A stretch of 64,000 bases of DNA from Vulcanimicrobiota bacterium (GTDB lineage Bacteria > Vulcanimicrobiota > Vulcanimicrobiia > Vulcanimicrobiales > Vulcanimicrobiaceae), in NCBI GenBank assembly GCA_963723515.1, contig CAVRQT010000002.1, positions 128,001-192,000 of the forward strand, written 5' to 3'. Made by a program: the position numbers and the translations under genes. The notes beneath the pieces are model-generated. The model did not search any database and was not told the DNA's origin. It saw only the letters and a program-made list of their open reading frames with translations. Within the stretch, counting starts at the first letter, position 1, and each line of letters begins with the position of its first letter. Below, one piece after another: positions 1-10,284 of this stretch.

Positions 1-898
1 GCTCGATGTGCGTCACCGTGGCGCCGACGCCGAACGATCCAAGCGTATCCTCCAAGACGTGCGCTCGGCTCGAATCGTCACTGATTTGCGCTTGCGGCGG
101 ATCGAACAGCGCAAGGTCGGGAAGGCGATATTGGCGAGAACCGGGCACGGCCGGTTCGTAGTCACCGGCGTCTTCTTGTAAGCTTTCGCCGACGGCTATT
201 TCATCGTCAACATCACGTTCGTCGGCCGCATCTTCTTCTTGCACGATTTCGAGAGCGCGAGAAGGCTCCGGCGGCCGCTCAAATGCCGGCACGAGCGGCG
301 ACGGCTCAATTGTCGCGGAGGTCAGGCGTGCATCTTGCGATTCCGGCAACGCGAAAGCTTCTCGGATGCTCTTGTGGCCCTCCGGTAAGGCGAAGCGAAC
401 GTTCCAGCGCGGAATCCGAATGCGCCGCAGCTGCATCACGCACCAGCCGATCACTTTCTTGACGGAAACTTCCGTCAGCCACACCGTCAAGAGCAGTGCG
501 ATCAGCACCAGCACGACGCGCGCACCAGCGATGCCAAGCAACGAGCGTAAACCGTCCCAAATGTGGGAGCCGATCGCTCCGCCGCGACGCGCGAACGCCG
601 CATCGATCAACAAGAAATAGCTCAGCGCTGCAAGCCCAAAGGTCGCAATCAACCGCGGAACGTTGATTTCTAGGAAGACGATTGCGGCGCAAAGTGCGAC
701 GAGCAGAACAAAGAGCGGCGCGGCATTACCGAAGAGCGCATGCAATGCGTTTGCAACGCCGCGTCCAACGACGCCGGCATGCGCCGCTGGAACGATGAGC
801 GCGATTCCTAAGAGGACGGCTAGGCCGAGTGCGGCAATGCCCGCAATCTCGTAGTTCCAACGCGCTTTCGCGGTCGCCTTGCGGCGTACGCGTGCCAT
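1..898 (-). CDS. ftsK: DNA translocase FtsK/SpoIIIE, N-terminal part (runs off the window edge)
   Basis: Own translation from ATG 898: MARVRRKATAKARWNYEIAG, hydrophobic segments, acidic linker, then YRLPDLALFDPP...LEDTLGSFGVGATVTHIE (start of the FtsK alpha domain); both ends are in the same frame. Confidence 0.85.
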   Translation of the reverse strand, partial: MARVRRKATAKARWNYEIAGIAALGLAVLLGIALIVPAAHAGVVGRGVANALHALFGNAAPLFVLLVALCAAIVFLEINVPRLIATFGLAALSYFLLIDAAFARRGGAIGSHIWDGLRSLLGIAGARVVLVLIALLLTVWLTEVSVKKVIGWCVMQLRRIRIPRWNVRFALPEGHKSIREAFALPESQDARLTSATIEPSPLVPAFERPPEPSRALEIVQEEDAADERDVDDEIAVGESLQEDAGDYEPAVPGSRQYRLPDLALFDPPQAQISDDSSRAHVLEDTLGSFGVGATVTHIE

Positions 899-934
899 GG
901 GTTGCTTTTCTTCGTCATAGAGACAGGAGTTCTT

Positions 935-2031
935 TTGAGCGCAGCTACCGTCGTCGTTTTAGAAGGCGATCAAACCGGTCAGGAGTTGCTGCTGGAAGCA
1001 TTGCGCCTTCTGGATCGCTCGGTTATTGACGTCGATCTCGATCTGGAGCGCTACGATCTCTCACTCGAGAACCGTCGCGCAACTGCGAACGCCGTCGTGC
1101 TGGAAGCGGCAGAGGCAATCAAAGGGCACAAGTTCGGAATCAAAGCCGCAACGATTACCCCGGAAAGCAGCGAGGACGTCGGCTCGCCGAACGCGATTTT
1201 GCGGCGCGCGATCGACGGCAAAGTGATCGTACGGACTGGGCGACGCCTTCCCAAAGTGCGGCCTGTCGCGGGAATTCATGCGCCAATTTCGGTGGTGCGG
1301 ATGGCAGTCGGCGATGCGTACGGCGCACAAGAGTGGCGCGACGGAAAAGGCAACGACGAAGCGGCCTTTCGCACCGAACGCATCGAGCGCGGCGTCTGCC
1401 GAGCCGTCGCCGAGTTCGCATTCGTGCACGCAAAAAAGATGGACGCGAAAGTCTTCGGCGGCCCAAAGTATACCGTCAGCCCCGTGTACGAAGGCATGTT
1501 AAAGGAAGAAATGGATTTAGCGGCCGCGCGTCATCCGGAAGTGGCGTACGACCCGCAATTGATCGACGCGACGTACGCGCTGCTGATTTCAAGCCCTGGC
1601 GATGCGATGGTCATTCCGTCGCTGAACCGCGATGGGGATTGCCTTTCGGACCTCGTCATGCAATTGTTCGGGTCGATTGCGGGCGCTGAATCCGTCTTGC
1701 TGGGGTTCGACACGTCGACGCTGCTCAACGCAGGTCGCAGTTGAAGCCGACAGTCGTCGTTTCGGAAGCACCGCATGGAACGGCACCGGGTCTGCATGGC
1801 CGCAACGTCGCCAATCCAATGGCGATGATCCTTGCCGCGGCGGCACTGCTTTCGTACATTGAAGATCGACGCGCATCGCAAGCATCGCGCGCGATTTACG
1901 AAGCGACGCTGGAAACCGTACACGAAGGCATTGCCACGGCAGATCTCGGCGGCACCGCATCAACGAGCGAATTTACGGACGCGGTAATTGAGGGGGTCAA
2001 GCGTAAGCTGGACGTGTGGTCGAGCCTTTAA
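935..2031 (+). CDS. Isocitrate/isopropylmalate dehydrogenase family protein; frameshift near 1736-1741
   Basis: EGDQTGQE, SPNAILRR, NRDGDCLSDL and EAPHGTAP..GRNVANP motifs across ORFs 902-1744 and 1741-2031; AGGAG upstream of TTG 935. Confidence 0.85.
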
Positions 2032-2045
2032 AGTTATTGCCACCC

Positions 2046-2294
2046 TGTCACGCTGAGCTATTCTGTCACCGAAGGGCCACCGCAATCTTAGTCAAGCGGT
2101 GGTTACGGTGTCACATTGAGCTTGTCGAAATGTGACATCACCTCAAATCATGCTTCGATGCTTCGACGTCGCTCAGCACAGGCTAAGCTCAGCATGACAC
2201 CGGGACGATCTCAGTTCGCATGATTTCAGTGGCGCGAGCGCGTTGATCAAGATTACGGTTACCCTTCGACAAGCTCAATGTGACACTGGGACTA
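2046..2294. repeat. Cluster of at least 4 REP-like units (consensus TTCGACAAGCTCARYRTGACAC)
   Basis: Units at about 2046, 2106-2136, 2148-2200 and 2262-2294 in both orientations; 2106-2136 is an exact reverse complement of 29754-29784. Confidence 0.85.
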
Positions 2295-3173
2295 GCGCAA
2301 ACTCGGATCGAGAGCGTCGCGGAGGCCGTCGCCAAGCAAGTTGAATCCGAGCACCATCGTGGTGATCGCAACGCCCGGGAAGATCAGCGCCCACGGCGCC
2401 GACAACCAATAATCGCGCGCATCATTTAACATCGCTCCCCACTCGGGCGATGGCGGCCGCGCGCCGAGCCCGAGATACGACAACCCCGCAGCCTCAAGCT
2501 CAGCGGTCGCAACCCCGAGTGTTGCTTGAACGAGCAGCGGCGCGAGGATGTTCGGCAAGATGTGCCGCCACAGAATGCGCGGCAGCAACGCGCCGAGAGC
2601 GCGAGCGGCTTCAACATATTCCAAATTCTTGATCGCGAGCACCGAAGAACGGGCAAGCCGCGCATACTGCGGAATATAGACGATACCGACGGCGATCATC
2701 AGATTGTTGATGCTCGGTCCCAAGATCGTCGTGATGCCGATTGCCAAAATGATCGACGGAAAGGCGAGCATCAGATCCATCGCCGCCATGAGCACGCTCT
2801 CGAGTTTGCCGCCGACGTAGCCAGCAAGAACCCCAACGAGCGTACCAACCGTAATCGCAAGCCCGACTGCCAAGAAGCCGATGCGAATCGATATGCGCGC
2901 CCCGTATACAATGCGCGCGAAGATGTCGCGCCCCAGCTTGTCCGTTCCCATCAAGTGGTGAAGCGTGGGTCGCGACGCCTGGTGCGCGAGATCTTGTGCC
3001 AGAGGATCGCTATGCGCGAGCAGCGGCGCCAGCATCGCTGCGGCTGCGATGGCACACACGATCAACAATCCGATCACGGTACCCGGCGATCGGCGCAAAC
3101 GGACCCAGACGTCGACGAAGTAACTGCGCGATGCCGGCGCAAGCTCTTGCTGTTCGGAGAGCGTAATCTCCAA
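2292..3173 (-). CDS. Peptide/nickel ABC transporter permease (DppC/OppC-like)
   Basis: GTDKLGRDIF, EYVEAARALGA (EAA loop), FNLLGDGLRDALDP. Confidence 0.92.
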   Translation of the reverse strand: MEITLSEQQELAPASRSYFVDVWVRLRRSPGTVIGLLIVCAIAAAAMLAPLLAHSDPLAQDLAHQASRPTLHHLMGTDKLGRDIFARIVYGARISIRIGFLAVGLAITVGTLVGVLAGYVGGKLESVLMAAMDLMLAFPSIILAIGITTILGPSINNLMIAVGIVYIPQYARLARSSVLAIKNLEYVEAARALGALLPRILWRHILPNILAPLLVQATLGVATAELEAAGLSYLGLGARPPSPEWGAMLNDARDYWLSAPWALIFPGVAITTMVLGFNLLGDGLRDALDPSLR

Positions 3174-3176
3174 ACG

Positions 3177-4913
3177 CTAGATTTCCATTACGACCGGAAT
3201 CACGATTGGGCGGCGTTTGGTGCGGGCGTACACCGACTCGGCGAGCCCGGTTCGGATGTGCTCCTTGACCGTGTTGACGTCGCGGATGCCTTCCACCGAG
3301 CAGTTCTCGATGATGCGAACGAGCTCACCGCGCAGTTCGGAAAGAACGCCGTCTGATTCCGCGAGGTAGAAGACACCGCGCGTCACGAGATCGGGTCCCG
3401 CAATCACGCGCGCCTGAGCGCTGTCGATCGTGACGACGACCATCATGATGCCGTCATTCGAAAGCGCTTTGCGATCGCGCAATACACCGTCGCCGACATC
3501 ACCGACACCCGATCCATCGACCATGACATGGCCACCGTACGTCCTGCCGATCTTATCACCGCCGCGCGCTGTGAACTGGAGCACGTCGCCGTCTTCGGCC
3601 AAGAAGACGTTCTCAGGCAAGACGCCGGTGCGCATGGCCAACTGTCCGTGCTGGACCAGCATCCGGTATTCGCCGTGCAGCGGCATGAAGTACGTCGGCC
3701 GGATCAAGTTGAGCATCAAGAGCAGCTCTTCTTGCGACGCATGTCCTGAAACGTGCGCCCGCCCATCGGTTCCGTGAATGACCGTCGCGCCGAGCTTGTA
3801 CAAATTGTTGATCGTGCGGTAAACGCTCTTCTCGTTTCCCGGAATTGGCGTGGCACTGACGACGATCGTATCGCCCGGTACGATTTTGAGCAGACGATGG
3901 TCGCGAACCGCAAGCCGCGAGAGCGCCGACATCGGCTCGCCCTGCGAGCCGGTCGTCATGACGACGATCCGCTCGGGCGGATAATCATCGACTTCCTCGA
4001 TTTTCACGACGGCAGCTGACGGAATTTCTAAGTATCCTAATCCGGACGCGTGCTGAACGACCCGCACGAGCGAACGCCCTAAGAATGCGATCTTGCGATC
4101 GAACTCGATCGCATGATCGACCGCCTGCTGAATGCGCGGCACGTTCGACGCAAACGATGCGATGATCAAACGGCCTTTCGCATGCGAAAAGATCGACGTG
4201 AACGCTTCGCCGACGATGCGTTCGGAAAGCGTATGACCGGGGCGTTCGGCATTCGTGCTGTCCGAGAGCATGCAAAGTACGCCCGCATCTCCCACTTTCG
4301 CGATCGCCGCAAAATCGGGCGGCTGTCCGTCGATGGGCGTTTGATCGAATTTGAAGTCGCCGGTATGAAAGATCGTTCCAACCGGTGTTTGCACGGCGAG
4401 CGCGCACGCGCCGGCCACCGAGTGGTTCACATGAATGAACTCCGCGCGAATCGAGCCATATTCGACCGTGTTTCCAGGCTCAATCGCGCGAAAATTGGAA
4501 TCATCAAACCGATGTTCGCGCGCCTTCGCCTTGATCAGCGCGAGCGAGAGCGGCGTGCCGACGATAGGCACATCGAACTCACGCAAGAGATACGGAATGC
4601 CGCCGATGTGATCTTCATGCCCGTGCGTGACCAAGAGCGCGCGAAACTTCTCTCGATGTTCGCGCAAGTACGTGAAGTCGTTGATGACGATGTCGACGCC
4701 GTACATCTCATCGTCCGGGAACATCAAGCCGCAGTCGATCGCGATCAGATCGTCGTTCGTTTCGATAAGCGTCATGTTGCGGCCGATTTCGCCGCATCCG
4801 CCGAGGGGAATGACGCGCGTGTACGGCTCGGCGGGCGGCGCCGGCAAGAGCAGCGTGTCTTGCGGAGCGGCAGCCTCAGCGTGAACGGACAACGATGCGT
4901 TCTCGACGGTCAA
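3177..4913 (-). CDS. rnj: Ribonuclease J
   Basis: PLGGCGEIGRN, THGHEDHIG, TGDFK, GSQGEP, HVSGH metallo-beta-lactamase/beta-CASP motifs. Confidence 0.95.
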   Translation of the reverse strand: MTVENASLSVHAEAAAPQDTLLLPAPPAEPYTRVIPLGGCGEIGRNMTLIETNDDLIAIDCGLMFPDDEMYGVDIVINDFTYLREHREKFRALLVTHGHEDHIGGIPYLLREFDVPIVGTPLSLALIKAKAREHRFDDSNFRAIEPGNTVEYGSIRAEFIHVNHSVAGACALAVQTPVGTIFHTGDFKFDQTPIDGQPPDFAAIAKVGDAGVLCMLSDSTNAERPGHTLSERIVGEAFTSIFSHAKGRLIIASFASNVPRIQQAVDHAIEFDRKIAFLGRSLVRVVQHASGLGYLEIPSAAVVKIEEVDDYPPERIVVMTTGSQGEPMSALSRLAVRDHRLLKIVPGDTIVVSATPIPGNEKSVYRTINNLYKLGATVIHGTDGRAHVSGHASQEELLLMLNLIRPTYFMPLHGEYRMLVQHGQLAMRTGVLPENVFLAEDGDVLQFTARGGDKIGRTYGGHVMVDGSGVGDVGDGVLRDRKALSNDGIMMVVVTIDSAQARVIAGPDLVTRGVFYLAESDGVLSELRGELVRIIENCSVEGIRDVNTVKEHIRTGLAESVYARTKRRPIVIPVVMEI

Positions 4914-5176
4914 TTGGATGGGTGGCGTTTGTGCTTTGTGCTTTCATCTCGTTTGGCGCTTCAGCGCCGGCTGACGCGAAGCATTCTCGCACCCGCGCGA
5001 GAGCACACTCGACGCCGGCGCCCTCACTCGATATGTATTCGCGCCGCGCATTGCGGCGTGCGCGAACGATCTTGCAACTCAAACTGTTGGAGTTGCGCGA
5101 GGAACGGCTCGACCGCGCGCGTCGCGTGATCGAGAAAAATCTGCCCCCCAACGCGTTGTTCTCGCGCGGGCCGTAA
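4895..5176 (+). CDS. Small hypothetical exported protein
   Basis: Signal-peptide-like N-terminus; fills the gap between rnj and the next gene; start uncertain. Confidence 0.45.
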   Translation: MRSRRSIGWVAFVLCAFISFGASAPADAKHSRTRARAHSTPAPSLDMYSRRALRRARTILQLKLLELREERLDRARRVIEKNLPPNALFSRGP

Positions 5177-5229
5177 GGACAGAGCGCACCAGGCAGCGCT
5201 GCGCGCCGCGATGAACCACCGGACCGCCG

Positions 5230-5964
5230 ATGACGAACGACGTTTCCGCGGCCGACCAAAGCAGCGGCCTGATGACTGCCTTGCAGATCGTTGCCGCGCC
5301 CCGCGCCGCTCTCGAGCGCCTCCGCATTGCGCCGACATGGGGTTGGGCGTTTCTCATCGCGGCAATCCTCGGAGCGCTTGGGACGCTCCTCTCGGTCCCC
5401 GCCGCGCTGCATTCCATCTCGGCCTCCATGGCGCGTGAGATGGCAGTCAATCCGAGCTATGCGCAACTGAGCGTTACCCAACGGCATCAGATCGTCGCGG
5501 CGACGCTCTTTGCCGTTCGTTACGGCTGGGCGCTTGTTCCGTTCGTGCTGCTGCTCAGTGTACTGCTACAGACCGTTATCTTGCTGATCTTCAATGCAAT
5601 CGGCCGCGGCAAAAGCAATTTCCGGACGCTCTGGGCGTCGCTGATGAACATCGCGATTCCGGGGTTCGGTCTGTACCTTCTTGCAGGAGGCATTATCGCG
5701 GTGATCCGCGGACCGAATGCGTACAATTCGGCGCTCGACTCCTTTCTGGCGATGCCCAGTCTGGCGTGGCTCGCCACGCATTCCGGCTCGGCGACGATCG
5801 CCTTCTTATCTGCATTTAATCCGTTTTCAATTTGGGCATTCGCTCTGACGGTTGCGACGATGATCGTCGTCGCACGAACGTCGGTGCCGCTCGCGTACGC
5901 CTCCTCCGCCGTGATTCTTGTGATCGGCGCGCTTGTGTCGATGTGGGGCGGAGCGAGGACCTAG
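5230..5964 (+). CDS. Yip1-like membrane protein
   Basis: About 5 TM segments; APRAALERL..P.W N-terminal pattern and NPFSIW typical of bacterial Yip1. Confidence 0.7.
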   Translation: MTNDVSAADQSSGLMTALQIVAAPRAALERLRIAPTWGWAFLIAAILGALGTLLSVPAALHSISASMAREMAVNPSYAQLSVTQRHQIVAATLFAVRYGWALVPFVLLLSVLLQTVILLIFNAIGRGKSNFRTLWASLMNIAIPGFGLYLLAGGIIAVIRGPNAYNSALDSFLAMPSLAWLATHSGSATIAFLSAFNPFSIWAFALTVATMIVVARTSVPLAYASSAVILVIGALVSMWGGART

Positions 5965-5978
5965 TCCCAGTGCTTCCG

Positions 5979-6098
5979 ATGGATTGACGCGCTATTTTTT
6001 CGCAGGTCTAGGCGACGACCGAAGCCGACGCGTACTCTTTTGCCACGTACGTGAGGCTTCGGGCAACAACGAGCTGCGGAAAAAGAGCCGGCCAAGCC
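5979..6098 (+). mobile_element. MITE-like element, copy 1 (imperfect terminal inverted repeats)
   Basis: TTGACGCGCTATTTTTTCGCAG...CTGCGGAAAAAGAGCCGGCCAA; aligns along its length with the reverse complement of 7387-7502. Confidence 0.7.
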
Positions 6099-6181
6099 AC
6101 CTTCAGGAACCTTTTTGCGTTCTTAGGGTAGGAAAGACAAGTGAAATCACTTCTGAAGATTAGGATAGGATCGGTTTCGAT

Positions 6182-7387
6182 ATGAAGAGTCGTTTGTTGC
6201 CGACATTGATCGTAGCGCTTTCAGGCGCCGTCGTCGGTAGTTTCGCGATGATGCTGTACGCCAGCACACACTTTGCCAATGTCGCCGGCCCCAATAATAC
6301 GCCGCCCGCGATTTCTGCTGCACCGGTGTACACCGGCGCAAGCGATCAGGACCGGATCGTCAGTGCGGTAAAACGCGTCGAGCCGTCCGTGGTCGCCATC
6401 AACTTGGCCGTCAACGGACAGCAAGTAGTTCCGATGGACCCGTTTTCACAGTTCTTCGGGCAAGCGCCCGTTCAGCGCTACCAAGCGCGCGCATCGGGTT
6501 CTGGTTTCGTCTTTCGAAGCAACGGTGAAATCATCACCAACGCGCATGTTGTCACGGCGCCGAACAACGCGTCGATATCGCGGCTGGAAGTGATCTTCCA
6601 TAACGGCGATCACGTCCCGGCCCACGTGATCTCGACGAATATCAATGCCGACCTCGCCCTAATAAAGGTAGACAATTATTCGAAGTTGCCGCCTCCCGTT
6701 GAACTCGGCAACTCCGACCGGCTTGAAGCCGGACAGTGGGCGATCGCGATCGGCGAACCCCTTCAGTTGCAACATAGCGTCACCGTCGGTGTCATCTCAG
6801 GCTTCAATCGTGAAGAGCCGATCCGCGATGAAAATGGGGGCTACATCGACTTCAAGGGGCTCTTGCAAACATCGGCTCCGATCAACCCCGGCAACTCCGG
6901 CGGCCCGCTGGTAGACATCGACGGCAACGTGATCGGCATCAACCAATCGACTGCTGCGCCTTCGACCGCGCAGGGCATCGGCTTTGCAATTCCATCGAAC
7001 GTCGTGCGGGCGCAAGTCGGCGGCCTCGAGAGCAATCCTGGCGTGCATCAGGGCACGAACGTCGGCTTCATCGGTGCGCAGCTCGGCTCGCTGAACAGCG
7101 CCGTGCGCCAGCAGATCGGCTACAACGGGCCGAGCGGCGTGGTGGTGGCTCAAGTGCTTTCGGGGACGCCCGCCGATCAGGCCGGACTGCAGCCCGGCGA
7201 TGTTATCTTGCGGGCAAACGGCCAAGCCGTCTCAGATCCGCAACGGCTAATCACCCTCATCCGCTCGACGAAGCCCGGCGAACACCTCAGCCTGGAGGTG
7301 TGGTCGCGCGGTGTCAAGCGGCTTGCGAGCCTCAGCGTAAGCGAACGGCCGGCGGACTACTACCAGCCGCAGCCACAGCAACCGTAA
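6182..7387 (+). CDS. htrA: HtrA/DegP-family serine protease with one PDZ domain
   Basis: GSGF, TNAHVV, DLALIK, INPGNSGGPL catalytic motifs; C-terminal PDZ (TPADQAGLQPGDVI). Confidence 0.93.
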   Translation: MKSRLLPTLIVALSGAVVGSFAMMLYASTHFANVAGPNNTPPAISAAPVYTGASDQDRIVSAVKRVEPSVVAINLAVNGQQVVPMDPFSQFFGQAPVQRYQARASGSGFVFRSNGEIITNAHVVTAPNNASISRLEVIFHNGDHVPAHVISTNINADLALIKVDNYSKLPPPVELGNSDRLEAGQWAIAIGEPLQLQHSVTVGVISGFNREEPIRDENGGYIDFKGLLQTSAPINPGNSGGPLVDIDGNVIGINQSTAAPSTAQGIGFAIPSNVVRAQVGGLESNPGVHQGTNVGFIGAQLGSLNSAVRQQIGYNGPSGVVVAQVLSGTPADQAGLQPGDVILRANGQAVSDPQRLITLIRSTKPGEHLSLEVWSRGVKRLASLSVSERPADYYQPQPQQP

Positions 7388-7502
7388 TGCTTGACGGGCT
7401 CTTTTTCCGCGGCTCGTCGTTGCCCGCAGCTTCACGTACGGCATAAGAAGTACGCGTCGGCCTCGGTCGCCTAGACCCGCGAAAAAATAGCCCGTCAATC
7501 AT
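7387..7502 (-). mobile_element. MITE-like element, copy 2, inverted relative to copy 1
   Basis: ATGCTTGACGGGCTCTTTTTCCGCGG...CCGCGAAAAAATAGCCCGTCAATCAT near-perfect TIRs; TA at both borders. Confidence 0.72.
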
Positions 7503-7748
7503 AGTTGAGAGGGCAGTCCTGCAACCTCCGTGATGCAGGGCTTGTCTTATGTACTGGAACTAGAGTGGGCCGACCAGGTACTATGGTCGGTACCTAATTT
7601 ATCCTGACAGCCAGTAAGCGGCAAGGCGCAGTAACGCTATTTTGGCGGCCCGCCATATTTGGGCCAAGTTGTCGCGAAACGCGCAACTAAGTCAAAGTAT
7701 ATGTGAACGGCTGGTCCGTGGCTGCGGAAAGAGAGTGAAGATTTAGAT

Positions 7749-9608
7749 ATGGCAAAAGTGGTCGGCATAGATCTCGGCACGACAAACTCTGTCGTCGCCG
7801 TGATGGAAGGCACCCAGCCAACCGTCATTGCTAATGCCGAAGGCAGTCGAACGACGCCTTCGGTTGTTGCATTTACCAAAACCGGCGAACGGCTCGTCGG
7901 ACAACTTGCGAAGCGGCAAGCAATCACCAACCCCGATCGGACGATTTCTTCGATTAAACGCCACATGGGCGAAGGCGACTATCGCATCAAGATCGACGGC
8001 AAGGATTACACGCCGCAAGAAATCTCCGCGATGATTCTGCAAAAGCTCGTCAACGACGCTTCAAACTATCTCGGCGAACGCGTGACCAAAGCGGTGATCA
8101 CGACGCCCGCATACTTCAACGATGCTCAGCGGCAAGCGACCAAAGACGCCGGAAAAATCGCCGGCCTCGACGTGCTGCGTATCATCAATGAGCCGACGGC
8201 GGCTGCCCTCGCATACGGCCTCGACAAGAAGGGCAACGAAACGATTCTTGTCTGGGATCTCGGCGGCGGAACCTTCGACGTTTCGATCTTGGAAGTCGGC
8301 GACGGTGTCTTCGAAGTGAAGGCCACCAACGGCGACACACATTTAGGCGGCGATGACTACGATCGTCGCATCGTCGATTATTTAGCAGACGAATTCCGTA
8401 AGGACCAAGGGATCGATCTGAGCACCGACCGTCAAGCAATGCAACGCCTGACCGAAGCGGCCGAGAAAGCGAAGATCGAATTGTCATCGGTCGTTCAAAC
8501 GAACATCAATCTGCCGTTTATCACGGCAGACCAGAATGGACCGAAGCACCTCGATCTCACGCTTACGCGCGCAAAATTCGAGGAGCTCACCAGCGACCTG
8601 ACGGACCGTTGCGTCCAACCGTTCAAGAACGCGATTGCCGATGCCAAGCTCGACGTCTCGAAGATCAATGAAGTGATCTTGGTCGGCGGCGCAACCCGCA
8701 TGCCGGTGATTCAGGAACTCGTTCGCAAGTTGACCGGAAAAGATCCCAATCAGTCGGTCAATCCGGATGAGGTCGTGGCGGTCGGCGCGGCAATTCAGGC
8801 AGGCGTCCTGGCGGGCGAAGTTCGCGACGTCGTCTTGCTCGATGTGACGCCGCTTTCACTGGGTCTGGAAACACTCGGCGGCGTCATGACGACGCTGATC
8901 GAGCGCAACACGACGATTCCCACGCGCAAGACGCAAGTCTTTACGACGGCTGAAGATGGCCAGACGTCAGTTGACATCCACGTCCTGCAAGGCGAGCGCC
9001 CGATGGCTGCGGATAACAAGACGCTGGCGCGCTTCCGCCTCGAAGGCATTCCGGCTGCGCCGCGCGGCGTACCGCAGATTGAAGTCACCTTCAACATCGA
9101 TGCGAACGGCATCGTGAACGTCTCCGCTAAAGATCTCGGGACCGGACGCGAGCAGCAGATCACGATCACGGCAACGACCAATCTCAGCAAAGAAGAGATC
9201 GACAGCATGGTCAAGCAAGCTGAAGCTTCGGCGGCCGAGGACGAGCGCAAACGCGAAGAAGCCGAAGTGCGCAATCAGGCCAGCAGCTTGATCTATTCGA
9301 CCGAAAAATCGCTGAAGGAAGTCGGCGACAAGCTCGATGCCGGCGCTCGCGGTGATGTCGAAACGGCGCTGGCTGAGCTGCGGCGTATCTCCGAAAATGG
9401 AACGGTCGCTGAAATTAAACCTGCGATCGAAAAGCTGCAGCAAGCCAGTTATAAGATGGCCGAGTTGCTCTACCAGAAGACGCAGACCGCCGGCGCCACA
9501 TCCGGCAACGGCGCAAGTTCGGAGCAAGAAGCCGCAAGCGGCGAGACCGCCGGCACGCAGACTCCAAACGAAGACGTCATCGACGCCGAGTTCAAGGAAA
9601 GCAAGTAA
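7749..9608 (+). CDS. dnaK: Chaperone DnaK (Hsp70)
   Basis: [25 protein letters not shown]-terminal DAEF. Confidence 0.99.
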   Translation: MAKVVGIDLGTTNSVVAVMEGTQPTVIANAEGSRTTPSVVAFTKTGERLVGQLAKRQAITNPDRTISSIKRHMGEGDYRIKIDGKDYTPQEISAMILQKLVNDASNYLGERVTKAVITTPAYFNDAQRQATKDAGKIAGLDVLRIINEPTAAALAYGLDKKGNETILVWDLGGGTFDVSILEVGDGVFEVKATNGDTHLGGDDYDRRIVDYLADEFRKDQGIDLSTDRQAMQRLTEAAEKAKIELSSVVQTNINLPFITADQNGPKHLDLTLTRAKFEELTSDLTDRCVQPFKNAIADAKLDVSKINEVILVGGATRMPVIQELVRKLTGKDPNQSVNPDEVVAVGAAIQAGVLAGEVRDVVLLDVTPLSLGLETLGGVMTTLIERNTTIPTRKTQVFTTAEDGQTSVDIHVLQGERPMAADNKTLARFRLEGIPAAPRGVPQIEVTFNIDANGIVNVSAKDLGTGREQQITITATTNLSKEEIDSMVKQAEASAAEDERKREEAEVRNQASSLIYSTEKSLKEVGDKLDAGARGDVETALAELRRISENGTVAEIKPAIEKLQQASYKMAELLYQKTQTAGATSGNGASSEQEAASGETAGTQTPNEDVIDAEFKESK

Positions 9609-9620
9609 AGTGCGATGATT

Positions 9621-9650
9621 CCGGGGACGCCGAGCGCGTCCCCGGGTTTC
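9621..9650 (+). terminator. GC-rich hairpin between dnaK and grpE (partial terminator or mRNA stabiliser)
   Basis: CCGGGGACGC-CGAGC-GCGTCCCCGG followed by GTTTC. Confidence 0.55.
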
Positions 9651-9669
9651 GTCGCCTACTTCGACTCTT

Positions 9670-10239
9670 ATGATGCAAGAAGATCAAACACAGCCTGCGC
9701 AAGCGCAGGAAGAAGTCTCACAAGCCGCCGTTAACGGCGAAGTAGTGGCCGAACCGGCCGATTTGCAGTCGCAACTGGATGCCGCAAACGCGAAGGCGGA
9801 TGAAAACTACAACCGCTTCCTGCTTGCAATGGCGGATTTCGAAAACTTCCGTAAGCGCGTCGATCGGCAGCGCGCCGAAAGCGGCTTGGCGGCGCGCCGC
9901 GCATTGTTGCGGCAACTGCTGCCGGTGATCGACAACCTGCAACGAGCACTGCAATTCGACGACGCCAATGAGGGGCTGCGCAGCGGCGTGCAACAGACCC
10001 TCAAGGGCTTTGAATCCGTATTAGACGCCGAAGGCGTGCGCGCAATCACCGATATTGTCGGCAAGCCGTTCGATCCAAAGCTCGCCGACGCGATTGAGGC
10101 GCGGCCCGCGGATGGCGTTGAAGATGATACCGTTCTCGAAGAGACACTCAAGGGCTACATGCTCGGCGATCAAGTTCTGCGGCCGGCTAAGGTCATCGTC
10201 GCCAAACACAAAGCTGCCGAGGCCGACGATAAGGAATAG
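9670..10239 (+). CDS. grpE: Nucleotide exchange factor GrpE
   Basis: ADFENFRKR, LLPVIDN, FDP, KGY..LRPAKV; follows dnaK. Confidence 0.96.
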   Translation: MMQEDQTQPAQAQEEVSQAAVNGEVVAEPADLQSQLDAANAKADENYNRFLLAMADFENFRKRVDRQRAESGLAARRALLRQLLPVIDNLQRALQFDDANEGLRSGVQQTLKGFESVLDAEGVRAITDIVGKPFDPKLADAIEARPADGVEDDTVLEETLKGYMLGDQVLRPAKVIVAKHKAAEADDKE

Positions 10240-10242
10240 TAG

Positions 10243-10260
10243 GTGTCACGCTCGTGACAC
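10243..10260. repeat. Short palindrome made of two ends of the REP-like family
   Basis: GTGTCACG-CT-CGTGACAC shares the GTGTCA/TGACAC termini with the 2046-2294 units. Confidence 0.5.
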
Positions 10261-10284
10261 TATAGCGACCGGTCTACTGCGCGC

